From assembly GCA_020184695.1 (NCBI GenBank), contig JAANOX010000231.1:186001-250000 (forward strand): a stretch of 64,000 bases of DNA. The letters are read 5' to 3'. Positions 24,472 to 34,846 of this stretch are shown here, piece after piece. The position numbers and the translations under genes were made by a program. The notes under the pieces are model-generated. The model was not told the DNA's origin. It searched no databases and saw only the letters and a list, made by a program, of their open reading frames with translations. The DNA is from Histomonas meleagridis 2922-C6/04-290x (lineage: Eukaryota > Protista > Parabasalia). Positions within the stretch are counted from its first letter, which is position 1; each line of letters opens with the position of its first letter.

Positions 24472-25014
24472 TTATGTGATTGTGCTTTCGTCACGAAGGT
24501 ATTCTCCAAGATCACCAATACGTGCAACAGCATGAATCGTAGGTAAGGCCTTACGTAACGCAACACTAGATTGAAGAGCAACGCCAAGGCCAATGGGAAG
24601 ATTGTTTGCATTGTAAACAACAACACCATCATTTCTTTTTACACCTTCATCAATATTTTGAACACCTTCTGCTAAAATATGTTGACCATAAAGAAAACCA
24701 ATTTCAGCGGATGGCTTGATCCAAACTTTAGCTTGAGCAATTGGTGCAATAACTGAAAGTGATGTAACATGAAGGAAAAATCTGCCTTTGTGAGTAAACT
24801 TTCCCATGCAAATCCCTGCTGAAAGAAGGAGTTTAGATTGAAATGGTGGGCATAAATCAGCTAATTGTTTTCGTAAATAATATACACGATCTTTATGAAC
24901 CCTAAAAGTCCAATCTTGACCATCACGTTTAAGCAAAAGTTCTGCGTTGTTTCCAATGAATTGGTTTAGTTTTTCGAAGAAAATTCTTGCCTCTTCATTC
25001 CGTAATGGACGCAT
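24472..25014 (-). CDS. NIP7: 60S ribosome biogenesis protein NIP7
   Basis: MRPL...FRVHKDRVYY...GICMGKFTHKGRFFLHVTSL...KVWIKP...FLYG; C-terminal PUA domain. Confidence 0.93.
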   Translation of the reverse strand: MRPLRNEEARIFFEKLNQFIGNNAELLLKRDGQDWTFRVHKDRVYYLRKQLADLCPPFQSKLLLSAGICMGKFTHKGRFFLHVTSLSVIAPIAQAKVWIKPSAEIGFLYGQHILAEGVQNIDEGVKRNDGVVVYNANNLPIGLGVALQSSVALRKALPTIHAVARIGDLGEYLRDESTIT

Positions 25015-25610
25015 TTGAGATTTTGCGAACGACCATCAAGAAGCCGTTTATTCAAATTTTAAATCAAGGAGCAAATTTTCTAAAAAAATTCGTCTATGTT
25101 TATATGCTTTTTTATGGTTTATGTATTGGATAAATTTATTAATTTATTAGTCGGAAATATATTTCTTTTGTTTTTCTTATGTTTTAAAATTGATATTATG
25201 TAGGAAAAAAATGTTGTATTCCATACACTTTTATCCTTTTTTTGTTTGACGCGCTATAAGAAAAGCATTAAAGTTACTCATTTCTTCATTCTCTTATGAA
25301 GCAAAAGAAACTTGAAAAGTGACAAGGTATTCAAAACATTTTCAAATTTAAGGAATACTAAAAAGCAAATAACGAAATACACAAAATTATTATATAAGGA
25401 AGTATAGTTGATTCAATAAATGTAAAAATTGCGACATACTATTAATTTCCAAAAATCACATAATTATCAAAAAACCGTATTCGAAGATAAATAAAAAATT
25501 TACAGCACCAAACTCTTAACTATCTTTTGTTATTGTCTCGATACGCATGAATTCTTTTCTTCACATCATAAATACTTTTATTTTTTTTTACGTAATCGAA
25601 TTTTATATTC

Positions 25611-25945
25611 TTCAAATAATTTACTTCATCAAATTATTTACTTCTTCAAATTATTTACTTCTTCAAATTATTTACTTCTTCAAATAATTTACTTCATCAA
25701 ATTATTTACTTCTTCAAATTATTTACTTCTTCAAATTATTTACTTTTAAATTATTTACTTCTTCAAATTATTTACTTCTTCAAATTATTTACTTTCAAAT
25801 TATTTACTTCTTCAAATTATTTACTTTTAAATTATTTACTTCTTCAAATTATTTACTTTTAAATTATTTACTTCTTCAAATAATTTACTTCATCAAATTA
25901 TTTACTTCTTCACATTATTACTTCTTCAAATTATTTACTTTATAT
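25611..25945. repeat. Minisatellite, 17-bp unit AAATTATTTACTTCTTC (about 20 copies, some 15-bp variants)
   Basis: Directly visible tandem array; variants AAATAATTTACTTCATC and AAATTATTTACTTTT/C. Confidence 0.95.
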
Positions 25946-25998
25946 TATTTATTTTAAAACAAAATTTTTTCGAAAGAAATTTATATTTTATTTATATA

Positions 25999-27306
25999 TC
26001 ACCATCCAAAGTTCAAAGTTTTATTACAGACTTCGCATTGATAAGGCGTTAGACACTGTACATCGCCCACTTCAAGGTACGGGAATTTTGTTGCGTTTGG
26101 GTAATACTGCATGTTCAGCTCCAATATGAGTCTGTTCCAATTACTACTCAACGTTCCTATTACGTAATCGGCGTTTACCGCTTCTTCCAAATTCGCGAAG
26201 GAGCTCAACGACATATCGAAGAAGTCATTAATTTTCCAAAGGTCGAATCCTCCTTTTCTTCTACTGAAGTTGTAATATGATATATCGAATCGGTCCCTAA
26301 ACTTCAAGAAGTAATCGATCGGCTGTTGGTCATCGCTACTTATGAACACCGAAATTTTATCCTTTCGAATCAATTTGTTTAACACTTCCAATGGATATAA
26401 ATATTTCGATGTATCAATGAGTTTCATCTCGAGATATTTGTCGCCTTTACGAATGTGCATTGAGACATCATAATGATCTTTAGGATTAACTAACGCTTTG
26501 TTTCGAAACTCTTTGACCCATTTTGTTAAGTTGTCACTAAAACGCGTTATGAAATACGCTGATTGTACCCGCCAATAAAAAGAATGTAATTCTGGTGGAA
26601 TGGCTATTCGTTGCATTACAGATCGGACTGATTCAGGTAACGCTGCTTGAGGATGTTCGATGATTCGCATGAACTTAGGATCAGAATAATTGATTTCTTC
26701 TTTCGTAAATTTACACGATGATACGGGTTGGAAATAACAATCAAAACCATTACTACCTGAACATTGTGGACAATTTAAAAACCTGTGATTATCTTTGGTG
26801 TCATAAACAACTGTACGATTAAGTTCAATGCCGCGCGCAATATAACTACCAATGACATGAACATAAGCACCAATTCCAGTATACCAGCCGCCGGGAATTA
26901 AAAGGAAATCCCTTTCGCTGCAGTCCTTCGGGAATTGGTTTTCATAAATTATTTTTTGTATTTCATCTGTGCCATATAATCCGTGCTCATCATGCTTTAA
27001 TGGCTTGTCACGTTTGGGGTCGAAGAAAAAGACTTTTTGATGCATTGTGTCATAAGGATAATATGAGGACAAAATATTTTCGATTTCATCTTTGGTCAGA
27101 TTATTTTTGATGAAATCTTCCCAAAGTTTGTATTGAAGATCAAAACATTTATGTGAGACAATTCTAAAAACGGTATGAATGCCCGATAATTCGTGAAAAG
27201 AATAAGTTTTGTAATATACGTATAAAATGAGAAAAAACATCGGGAAAAGCTTTAATATAGATATAAAGATATTTTGATCTTTTTGAATTTCTGCTTCTTT
27301 TGGCAT
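25999..27306 (-). CDS. Alpha-1,6-fucosyltransferase-like (GT23) type II membrane glycosyltransferase
   Basis: N-terminal TM; motifs MHIRKGDK, VFISSDD and VIGTLSSNW match FUT8/NodZ-type motifs I-III. Confidence 0.75.
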   Translation of the reverse strand: MPKEAEIQKDQNIFISILKLFPMFFLILYVYYKTYSFHELSGIHTVFRIVSHKCFDLQYKLWEDFIKNNLTKDEIENILSSYYPYDTMHQKVFFFDPKRDKPLKHDEHGLYGTDEIQKIIYENQFPKDCSERDFLLIPGGWYTGIGAYVHVIGSYIARGIELNRTVVYDTKDNHRFLNCPQCSGSNGFDCYFQPVSSCKFTKEEINYSDPKFMRIIEHPQAALPESVRSVMQRIAIPPELHSFYWRVQSAYFITRFSDNLTKWVKEFRNKALVNPKDHYDVSMHIRKGDKYLEMKLIDTSKYLYPLEVLNKLIRKDKISVFISSDDQQPIDYFLKFRDRFDISYYNFSRRKGGFDLWKINDFFDMSLSSFANLEEAVNADYVIGTLSSNWNRLILELNMQYYPNATKFPYLEVGDVQCLTPYQCEVCNKTLNFGW

Positions 27307-28374
27307 TAAACGCGAAATTTAATCCCCCTTCTTCTTAATTTGTAAACAAATAAACACTCTGTTTCTTTTATCAAAAAGTAGAAGAAAATAAAGTACATCA
27401 ATACAAAACGATCAAAGCAATAGGGGCGCCTTCAACCCATCTGAATTGGATTGAAAGATTTGTGTACACTTTTATTTCAAATTTCAAAGTGTAATATGCA
27501 AATTCAGAGTACTTAAAAAGCTCGATTTTTAGGTATTCAAAAACAAGAAAATTGAACGAATTAATCCAACGACTATTGAAATCTTTTGGAATTGAATGTG
27601 CTGATGATCATCATGATAAATCTTCAAAAATAACAAAAAATACAGCTAATTAAACAATTTGGAAGCAATATATGCTCTTCCTCAGTCAAACATAGCAATT
27701 GTATGCAATTTATTTTCATACAATGTTATAATTTCTAATTTTTAAAATTATCATTACTAAAAAATTCAAAAAGACCATTAATTTATCATACAACTGAATT
27801 AGTTTTTACAATAAATTAATGGTAATTAACAAAAAATTCCTCAAATATTTTCAAAAAATAAGTAATCATTGGTTACATATTTAACTCACCATAAACCAAA
27901 AGCAGCCAACAGTACACGCTGTACTTTACATGAAAAAAGTTTCTGAGTTATAATAAAATCGTTTTTTAATTTATAAATCAAAAAAAATCAAATGATTATC
28001 ATATCACAAAATAACATATATTATAGCAAATCGAATTTGTGATTAAAAATCGCCAAAGTTTTTTTAAAACCAATTTATTGTAATCCTTCAACGTGAATTT
28101 ACTTTCTGATTTTGAGTACTTTATTTTACAGTTTACGTTTTTGAGTAAATATTTTAAACGTTCGTCATATCTTCAAACTTTTCACTGGTACGAAGTCTAT
28201 ATCGCCATTTATAGCTGTTGCTTCTTGTAAATAAATTGTTCCAATAGTTCCGCTTTGAAAACTATTTTCATAAAACGTTTGTATTTGTGTAATAAAATCT
28301 TCAACATTGAGAAATAAATGTTTATTAATGTTTGGACTCTATTAAAAAATGGTTTTCATTATTCACATGATGAT

Positions 28375-29667
28375 TTACTTTGTTTGACTCTTTGTTTTAG
28401 CTTTTGTTCTTGAGAACATTGTATATGATTCCTGGATATATTTAATATTTGTTGAGATTGAATTCAATGGTATGTTGCCCAACTCGCAAATCACCAAATC
28501 CACGTATTCTCCGGGCGTTATATCATAATTTAACGCTAAGTACTCTTGATCGGTTTTTGTTTCATCGCTTGGCACTTTTTCGATAAACTCTTTTCCAATG
28601 ATTTCGTTCTTTGCTAATGCGTCGATTCGAACATCGCTGACGAACCTATAGGAGCCACAAACGAAGAAGACTGGGACATTACAATCAGACGCAACCATTG
28701 AAATCATTGCTGTTCCAGCTGGAGTTTGTGCAGCATTATTTGATAATATACCACAGGGTTCAATGAGAACTTTCTTAACTTCAGGCATAACATAGCTAAG
28801 TCCGCTAATTAAAACATATTTGACATCAAGATCAGAGATCTCTTCAACAAGACGTCGTGATTGGAAATTAGGACGTGAGTCAACAACAATTACACGGAAC
28901 TTTTTACCTTGTGATGCAGCAATACGAAATGCTTTACATATTAATGGTGACCAACCATAAGTAAGAATGACATCATCATCAACAATGGTATCGGCTGTAG
29001 TCTTAGAAAGGAAGTTACTGACTTCGTTAATTTTATCATCAATAAAACTTTGAATAGCATCAAGAAGATCAGATCGTTGAACTTCTGGAGGTGGAGGATT
29101 TTCAGTGATGATTTGGTTCTTTATGTAACGTACAGCATTACCAATACCTATAGTAGTTGGTGTGAGACGAATTATTGAAATTAAATTCATTGTACGCTTG
29201 ATTAAAGAAAAGAGATTTTGAATAATTTGACCACGATCATCAACAGGCTCATCTCTGATTTGAGCCATCATCATTTTTAGAAAGATTTTTGTACGTTCGT
29301 CTTCATCAATTGAAACGTCTTGTGCAGTTTGAAGAGCAAATTCAAGAAGGGCAGGGTGAACAAGATCTCTGTCTGCAGGCTTCATACGAGATAATAATTC
29401 CTCTGTAGTCCAACGGTGAATCACTGGAATATGAGGGAATAGTACGGAAATTTCGGAAATTTGTTTTTCAGGGGCATCACCATTTTGTTGGGATTGATTA
29501 TTTTGAGCTTGTTGTTTTTGTTGAGCTTGATTTCTTTGCTGTTGATTTTGTTGTTGATTTCTTTGTTGTTTTTGATTTTGCTGTTTACGCTGCACATTGT
29601 TATCCTTTGTTTGTCTCCTTTGAGTTTTCTTTTGTTGATTTGCTTGTTGGGATTGAACTTCCGACAT
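28375..29667 (-). CDS. EIF2B4: Translation initiation factor eIF2B delta subunit
   Basis: Q-rich N-terminus; VHPALLEF, DVILTYGWS, FRVIVVDSRP, YDITPGEYVDLVICELG. Confidence 0.9.
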   Translation of the reverse strand: MSEVQSQQANQQKKTQRRQTKDNNVQRKQQNQKQQRNQQQNQQQRNQAQQKQQAQNNQSQQNGDAPEKQISEISVLFPHIPVIHRWTTEELLSRMKPADRDLVHPALLEFALQTAQDVSIDEDERTKIFLKMMMAQIRDEPVDDRGQIIQNLFSLIKRTMNLISIIRLTPTTIGIGNAVRYIKNQIITENPPPPEVQRSDLLDAIQSFIDDKINEVSNFLSKTTADTIVDDDVILTYGWSPLICKAFRIAASQGKKFRVIVVDSRPNFQSRRLVEEISDLDVKYVLISGLSYVMPEVKKVLIEPCGILSNNAAQTPAGTAMISMVASDCNVPVFFVCGSYRFVSDVRIDALAKNEIIGKEFIEKVPSDETKTDQEYLALNYDITPGEYVDLVICELGNIPLNSISTNIKYIQESYTMFSRTKAKTKSQTK

Positions 29668-29816
29668 TAAATTAAAATTCGGTTAACGATTTGGTCCAAG
29701 AAAAAAGAGAAAGTCACTTTTTACGATAGACTATTTTTGGGGTGCACCTGCCATTTTGATTTGTCCACCAATGAGCGGTTTTTCAGAAATTTTGAATAAA
29801 ACGGTATTTCACATTC

Positions 29817-31076
29817 ATGGCGAACATCAATACCCCAGTTATCATTGATGTTGGTACCGGTTATACCAAATTGGGCTATTCCACGAACAATCGCCCCGAT
29901 TACATCATTCCTACATTAATTGGAAACAGAGATCTTAAAAATGTCTCCCAGGCTCAAATGACAGGAACAGAGGATCTTGATTTTTACATCGGTTACGAAG
30001 CGATCCAAAATCAAACCCTTTACCCAAACCACAACATAATGAAGCACGGTCAAATCGAAGATTGGGATAAAATCGAACAAATGTGGGAACAATGTCTCTT
30101 CAAATACCTCCGTTGTGAGCCAGAAGATCACCCAGTTCTTTTAACTGAGCCACCATTAAACTCCCCAGATAACCGTGAATTCACAGCCGAAATTATGTTC
30201 GAAACTTTCAACGTTCCTTACCTTTACATCGGTATGCAAGCTATGCTTGCAATTGCTGCTTCATGGTCCAAAGAAGGTCAAAAATCATTAACTGGTTGTG
30301 TTGTTGATTCTGGTGATGGTGTTACTCATGTTATCCCTGTTGTCGAAGGTTACCCAATCTCTAACGCAATTCAACACGTACCTGTCGCAGGTCGTGAAAT
30401 GACTCTTTTCATCGCCGATCTCTTGAAAGATCGTGAACCTCAAGTTCCTCCAGAAGATCGTTTCACAGCAGCTCGTGAGATTAAGGAGCGTTTCTGCAAG
30501 GTCGCCAAGCATCCAAGTCCAACATTTGCCATGTTCGATAAGAATAGATCCAAATACATCACAAAGTATCAAGGAGTATCTTCAAAGACAGGCAAACCAT
30601 TCGAATGTGAAGTTGGTTACGAACGATTCCTTGCACCAGAAGTTTGGTTCTCACCAGAACTTGTCAGTAATGAATACACAACACCAATTTCCGTTCTTAT
30701 TGACCGCGCGATCCAATTATCACCAATCACCAACCGTATGCAATTGTATAATAACATTGTTCTTTCCGGTGGTTCGACAACATTCAAAGGATTGGCCGGT
30801 CGACTTCAAGCCGATGTTCAAGTTCTTGTTGATGAAAGACTTAGAGAGAATGCAGAGCGTGAATCCAAGAGAATTAATCGTAAGATTGAGGCCGGTAAAG
30901 TCCCCGTTAGGATTGTTGAACATCGACGTCAACAATATGCAGTTTGGTATGGTGGTGCTATGCTTGCACAAACAGGCGAAGCATTCTTAAGGAAATGTCA
31001 TACCAAACAACAATACGATGAGGTTGGCCCATCGATTGCACGCGCAAGTGCAATGTTTGGTGACAGTGCTGTCTAA
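29817..31076 (+). CDS. ARP3: Actin-related protein 3
   Basis: VIIDVGTGYTKLGY, YLRCEPEDHPVLLTEPPLNSPDNRE, TGCVVDSGDGVTHVIPV, CHTKQQYDEVGPSIAR. Confidence 0.96.
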   Translation: MANINTPVIIDVGTGYTKLGYSTNNRPDYIIPTLIGNRDLKNVSQAQMTGTEDLDFYIGYEAIQNQTLYPNHNIMKHGQIEDWDKIEQMWEQCLFKYLRCEPEDHPVLLTEPPLNSPDNREFTAEIMFETFNVPYLYIGMQAMLAIAASWSKEGQKSLTGCVVDSGDGVTHVIPVVEGYPISNAIQHVPVAGREMTLFIADLLKDREPQVPPEDRFTAAREIKERFCKVAKHPSPTFAMFDKNRSKYITKYQGVSSKTGKPFECEVGYERFLAPEVWFSPELVSNEYTTPISVLIDRAIQLSPITNRMQLYNNIVLSGGSTTFKGLAGRLQADVQVLVDERLRENAERESKRINRKIEAGKVPVRIVEHRRQQYAVWYGGAMLAQTGEAFLRKCHTKQQYDEVGPSIARASAMFGDSAV

Positions 31077-31590
31077 AAGCCAATTAATAAATCAAAAGTT
31101 TTATTCATCTTTGATGTGCGTCACTTTTAGCCGGCATTTTTTCAATAAAACCGAAATATTATTATTTTTCGATTTGAAATTGCGTTTTTTCCTGAGCTAT
31201 AGAGGGGAACAAATGCCATTCGGCCGTAGGGTTGACGGGAGCTATAGATACGACGAATACTTTGGCTATTTTTATTCAATTTCATCAATTTGAAATTTAT
31301 ATCAATTTCCACAAATTGATGAATGATACACTCGAAATATAAGTTTGAGGAACAATTAATAAGCTAAAAACACTTAGATTTTAAGGAGATAATGATTATC
31401 ATTGATCAAATAAATTAATCATGTTACATTTTTACCAAAAAAGAAAAACAAATTGATGGTAGGAAACAAATACCAATGGTTTTGGTCAGGATAAAATTAT
31501 GGGCAGAAATCCGTCCAACTTGTTTGGTTGGATTACAGCTTTTTCAAAGGCTTTTATCGAATAATCAGAAAATTTCAGAGGATTCGTCAA

Positions 31591-32514
31591 ATGCAAATGC
31601 AGGCGTCAGAGAAAATCAATCTTCAGCCAACGCCCCCTACCTGCGATACTGATGCCGTGGCAGCCCATTACTCATCATCTGTGAGTGGAAAGGAGGGTGA
31701 TGAAGCTTGGCAAAACATTTTATCGACATTTTTGAAAAACTTTAAAAACCCAAAAGCGTTATCAACATTGGCTAGATCAATATCTGCGATAGGACAACAA
31801 AATAATGCTTCACCAACTTCATCAAATACTCAAAAAAAATCAAAACAAAACAAACAAAGAACAAAACAAAAAAAATCAAATAATGAACAGCAGCGCGCAA
31901 AAACGAAAGTTCAAAAACCTTTAAAAATTAAAGAACCTCCAAAAAAATCAATATACGAAAAAAGACAAAGAATTATCATTAATCCTTCAGAAATAAGAAG
32001 AATTCAGACACCAGATTGGACTGTTTACGAACATGACGATCATCCTGAAATTCCATCTCCAAGATCAGATTTTCATTTTGATATTGTGAAAGAACATCAT
32101 CGGTTAGAAGTTTGCGAATACAGAATAATTAATGGCATTGATAAGAAATATGGACATCCTGCTTATTGTATTGATGCTGCTGACGAATCAGAAGATTTAA
32201 ATTTATTACCATTTGAAATCGAAAAATATCAAAATTATGAATGTAAGGTATATCCTCAAAAGGTACCAACGTTTTGGCCTCCACGAGTTTGGGATAAAGA
32301 AGATAATAAATTTTCTCAAGATGAAAGTGATCAACTTCTAAGCTTAATTGTATCATCCAAATCGTTGGAGACAGAGGTACGTCGAGTTGTACGGTCTCGT
32401 ACTCCTTCGGTTAAACCGAAATCTCGGAAATCAGAAAGATCACGAAATTCGATTGTTAAGCTTCCTATGACTACCTTTGATACAGACTCATCCTCAGATG
32501 AAACCGATTTCTAA
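31591..32514 (+). CDS. Hypothetical basic, probably nuclear protein
   Basis: Long ORF with a K/Q-rich linker; no family recognised. Confidence 0.6.
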   Translation: MQMQASEKINLQPTPPTCDTDAVAAHYSSSVSGKEGDEAWQNILSTFLKNFKNPKALSTLARSISAIGQQNNASPTSSNTQKKSKQNKQRTKQKKSNNEQQRAKTKVQKPLKIKEPPKKSIYEKRQRIIINPSEIRRIQTPDWTVYEHDDHPEIPSPRSDFHFDIVKEHHRLEVCEYRIINGIDKKYGHPAYCIDAADESEDLNLLPFEIEKYQNYECKVYPQKVPTFWPPRVWDKEDNKFSQDESDQLLSLIVSSKSLETEVRRVVRSRTPSVKPKSRKSERSRNSIVKLPMTTFDTDSSSDETDF

Positions 32515-32667
32515 TTTGTGTGTTCACAATACTAATTTCTATCTAAAAATATATTATTTGTTTTCGAACAATATATTTTTGTTTGATGAAATATGTCAAA
32601 ATTAAAACGAATTTGATGCGTTCTGATAAATAAAAATTTATAAAATGTTTATAATTTATTATACATT

Positions 32668-33156
32668 TCATGAATCTTCGGATATAGGCCTTTGTGTATC
32701 TATTTCTTTTTCGTCTGGAAATATATTAAAATTGCTATCGGATAATTTATATGCATGGAAAGATTTGATTGACGACTCATTTTGAGATTTTCTTTCTGGA
32801 ACTTGATCTTTGTCAAGAGTTATACTGTACTTGATTAATATACTCTGTCTACTGTCAGTTACAAAGCACGGAATAGAATCTCCAATCGTATTCGGATCAA
32901 CACCTTCAAATAATTGAAGAACTAATGGTGTTAACCTTCCAGCTATAATATCGTTAACTATTGCTTGTGAGCTTGAATTGTATTGAGATGATGTTTCAAA
33001 ATATGGTAATCCCATTGCAAAAGATCTAAGTGAGAAATTTGATTTATTAAAAAATGCATCAATATAGGTATCATAATTTGGTGCTTCTTGAGGTGACTCA
33101 AAATTTGAGCACCTTTGTATTCGTATTTTTTTGCGGGATTTTATAGAACTACTCAT
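32668..33156 (-). CDS. Hypothetical protein, possibly Spt20-like
   Basis: LPYFETSSQ...IIAGRL...CFVTDSR loosely resembles the Spt20 SEP region. Confidence 0.4.
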   Translation of the reverse strand: MSSSIKSRKKIRIQRCSNFESPQEAPNYDTYIDAFFNKSNFSLRSFAMGLPYFETSSQYNSSSQAIVNDIIAGRLTPLVLQLFEGVDPNTIGDSIPCFVTDSRQSILIKYSITLDKDQVPERKSQNESSIKSFHAYKLSDSNFNIFPDEKEIDTQRPISEDS

Positions 33157-33505
33157 TGTGCTACTTTCAACGTGGTTTGTCTCTTTTGGCAAATCACTGA
33201 AAACTTTTTGTGTCACTTTATCAAAAAGTCGTAATTTTTGAAATGAGCTCAACACAAATTTGAATCACCTAACGGTTCTATAACTGGTCAATGACTATTA
33301 CTGATTTTGTTTTCACCGAAAATTAATTATTCATATACATCTTTTGGTTTTTTTATTATGAATTTTATTAATTGAAGTGATAACATTCATTAATAGCATT
33401 ATAATATCCTAAAAGTTGTCTATACTTTGATGAATTCTTTGTTTTTTGATCTATCTTTGACAGAGTAATTTAATTTGGGAATAACGTATTTTAACGTATT
33501 TCCGA

Positions 33506-34681
33506 ATGAAAGCTGCTATAAAAGCAATTAATGACGAAGATGAAGATGCATTCAAAAATGCACTAGAACAGATTAATGATATTAATGCAGTTTTTCTTTG
33601 TTTTTTGGAGTATATTTGTTTTATTGAATATTTCTTTTTTTTGAATCGAAATCACTCCTTTATCTTGCCACAGAAAAAAAATCAATACCAATTGTTAAAA
33701 TCATTCTTGAAAAAAATCCTAATCCTAATCAATTAAATGTTCTTTAATTAATTATGCAAATGTTTTTTTGTTTTAATTGGTATTGCACCATTACACTTAG
33801 CTACAGAAAACACAGAATTATTTAAGTTGCTTTTCGAAAAAGGCGGTGACTGTAATCTTAGAGATAGTATTAATTAATTTAATTTCATGTTTCTTTTCTA
33901 TTATTCAAATTTCTTTATGTTTAACCAAAGACACCAATTTTTTATGCTGTTGATAACAATAATAAAGAATTAGTTCATTTCCTACTTGAAAATGGTAGTG
34001 AAGCAAATGTTACATGTAATGACAAAATTTATTTAATTTATAACGAACACCTCTTCATGATGCAGCTGAACGCGGAAACATAGAAATTGCTACTGCTCTT
34101 ATTGATAAAGGGTGCGATGTTAATGCGCAAAATTGGGTTTAAATCATTTTTTTAATTTTTCTATCACGTTTACAATACAACGCCTTTACATCTTGCAGCT
34201 CAATACGGAAGGTTTGAAATGATCGAATATCTTCTTTCAAAAGGTGCTTTTATTGATGCACAAGACCAACAAATTTGATTATTCGTTTTGGTGTTAATTA
34301 ATTTTTTAACGAACTCCACTTCATTTGGCAGCTGCAAATAATTACGGCGAAATATGTCAATACTTAATTAGTTCTGGTTGTGATCATACGATTACAAATA
34401 ACGAAGGAATTACTGGTGTTGATGCAGCACCTCCAACATTACGTAAAGAATTAACAGATTTCGTCATAAACAATTTGATGAACAAATCGCGTGGGATTGA
34501 AATAAGTTCATCAAATGCAGGAATTTGTGTATTTTGTCAAAGTGAAAATGCAGAATATGTATTTTTGCCTTGTCAACATGTTTCTCTTTGTTCAAAGTGT
34601 TATCAAGATAATAAGGATAAATTAAAGTTCTGCCCAATGTGCCGAAAGACTCTTAGTTCAGTCCAAAAAATACAAGAATAA
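33506..34681 (+). CDS. Ankyrin repeat + C3HC4 RING (IAP/MIB-type) E3 ligase with 6 hairpin inserts
   Basis: Removing 33597-33640, 33745-33778, 33875-33927, 34027-34043, 34137-34170 and 34274-34307 gives 320 codons with APLH, TPIF, TPLH, TPLH, TPLH repeats and CVFC...PCQH...CSKC...CPMCR. Confidence 0.85.
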
Positions 34682-34846
34682 CATTGAAAAGTAAAAGAAA
34701 TTTCTTTGAAAATAACCGATTATTATATTGGAAAATTTTGAACTATATTCAAATTTCAGAGGGTGGAGGATGGATATAAAACATAGAATTCAATTCAAAA
34801 AGTAAGCGTCAGTTGGAGCTTGCTCTTGAAGCAAAGAGAATCTTCG

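Noticed and set aside
27440-28330. Coding-like fragments between the GT23 and eIF2B genes, and at 37790-38400
   Set aside because: Too degraded to assign by eye; no motif recognised.
33867-33930. GT...TTTAACCAAAG as a canonical trichomonad intron in the ANK-RING gene
   Set aside because: Excising it (64 nt) leaves the wrong frame, and the other inserts lack GT-AG, so this match is probably chance.
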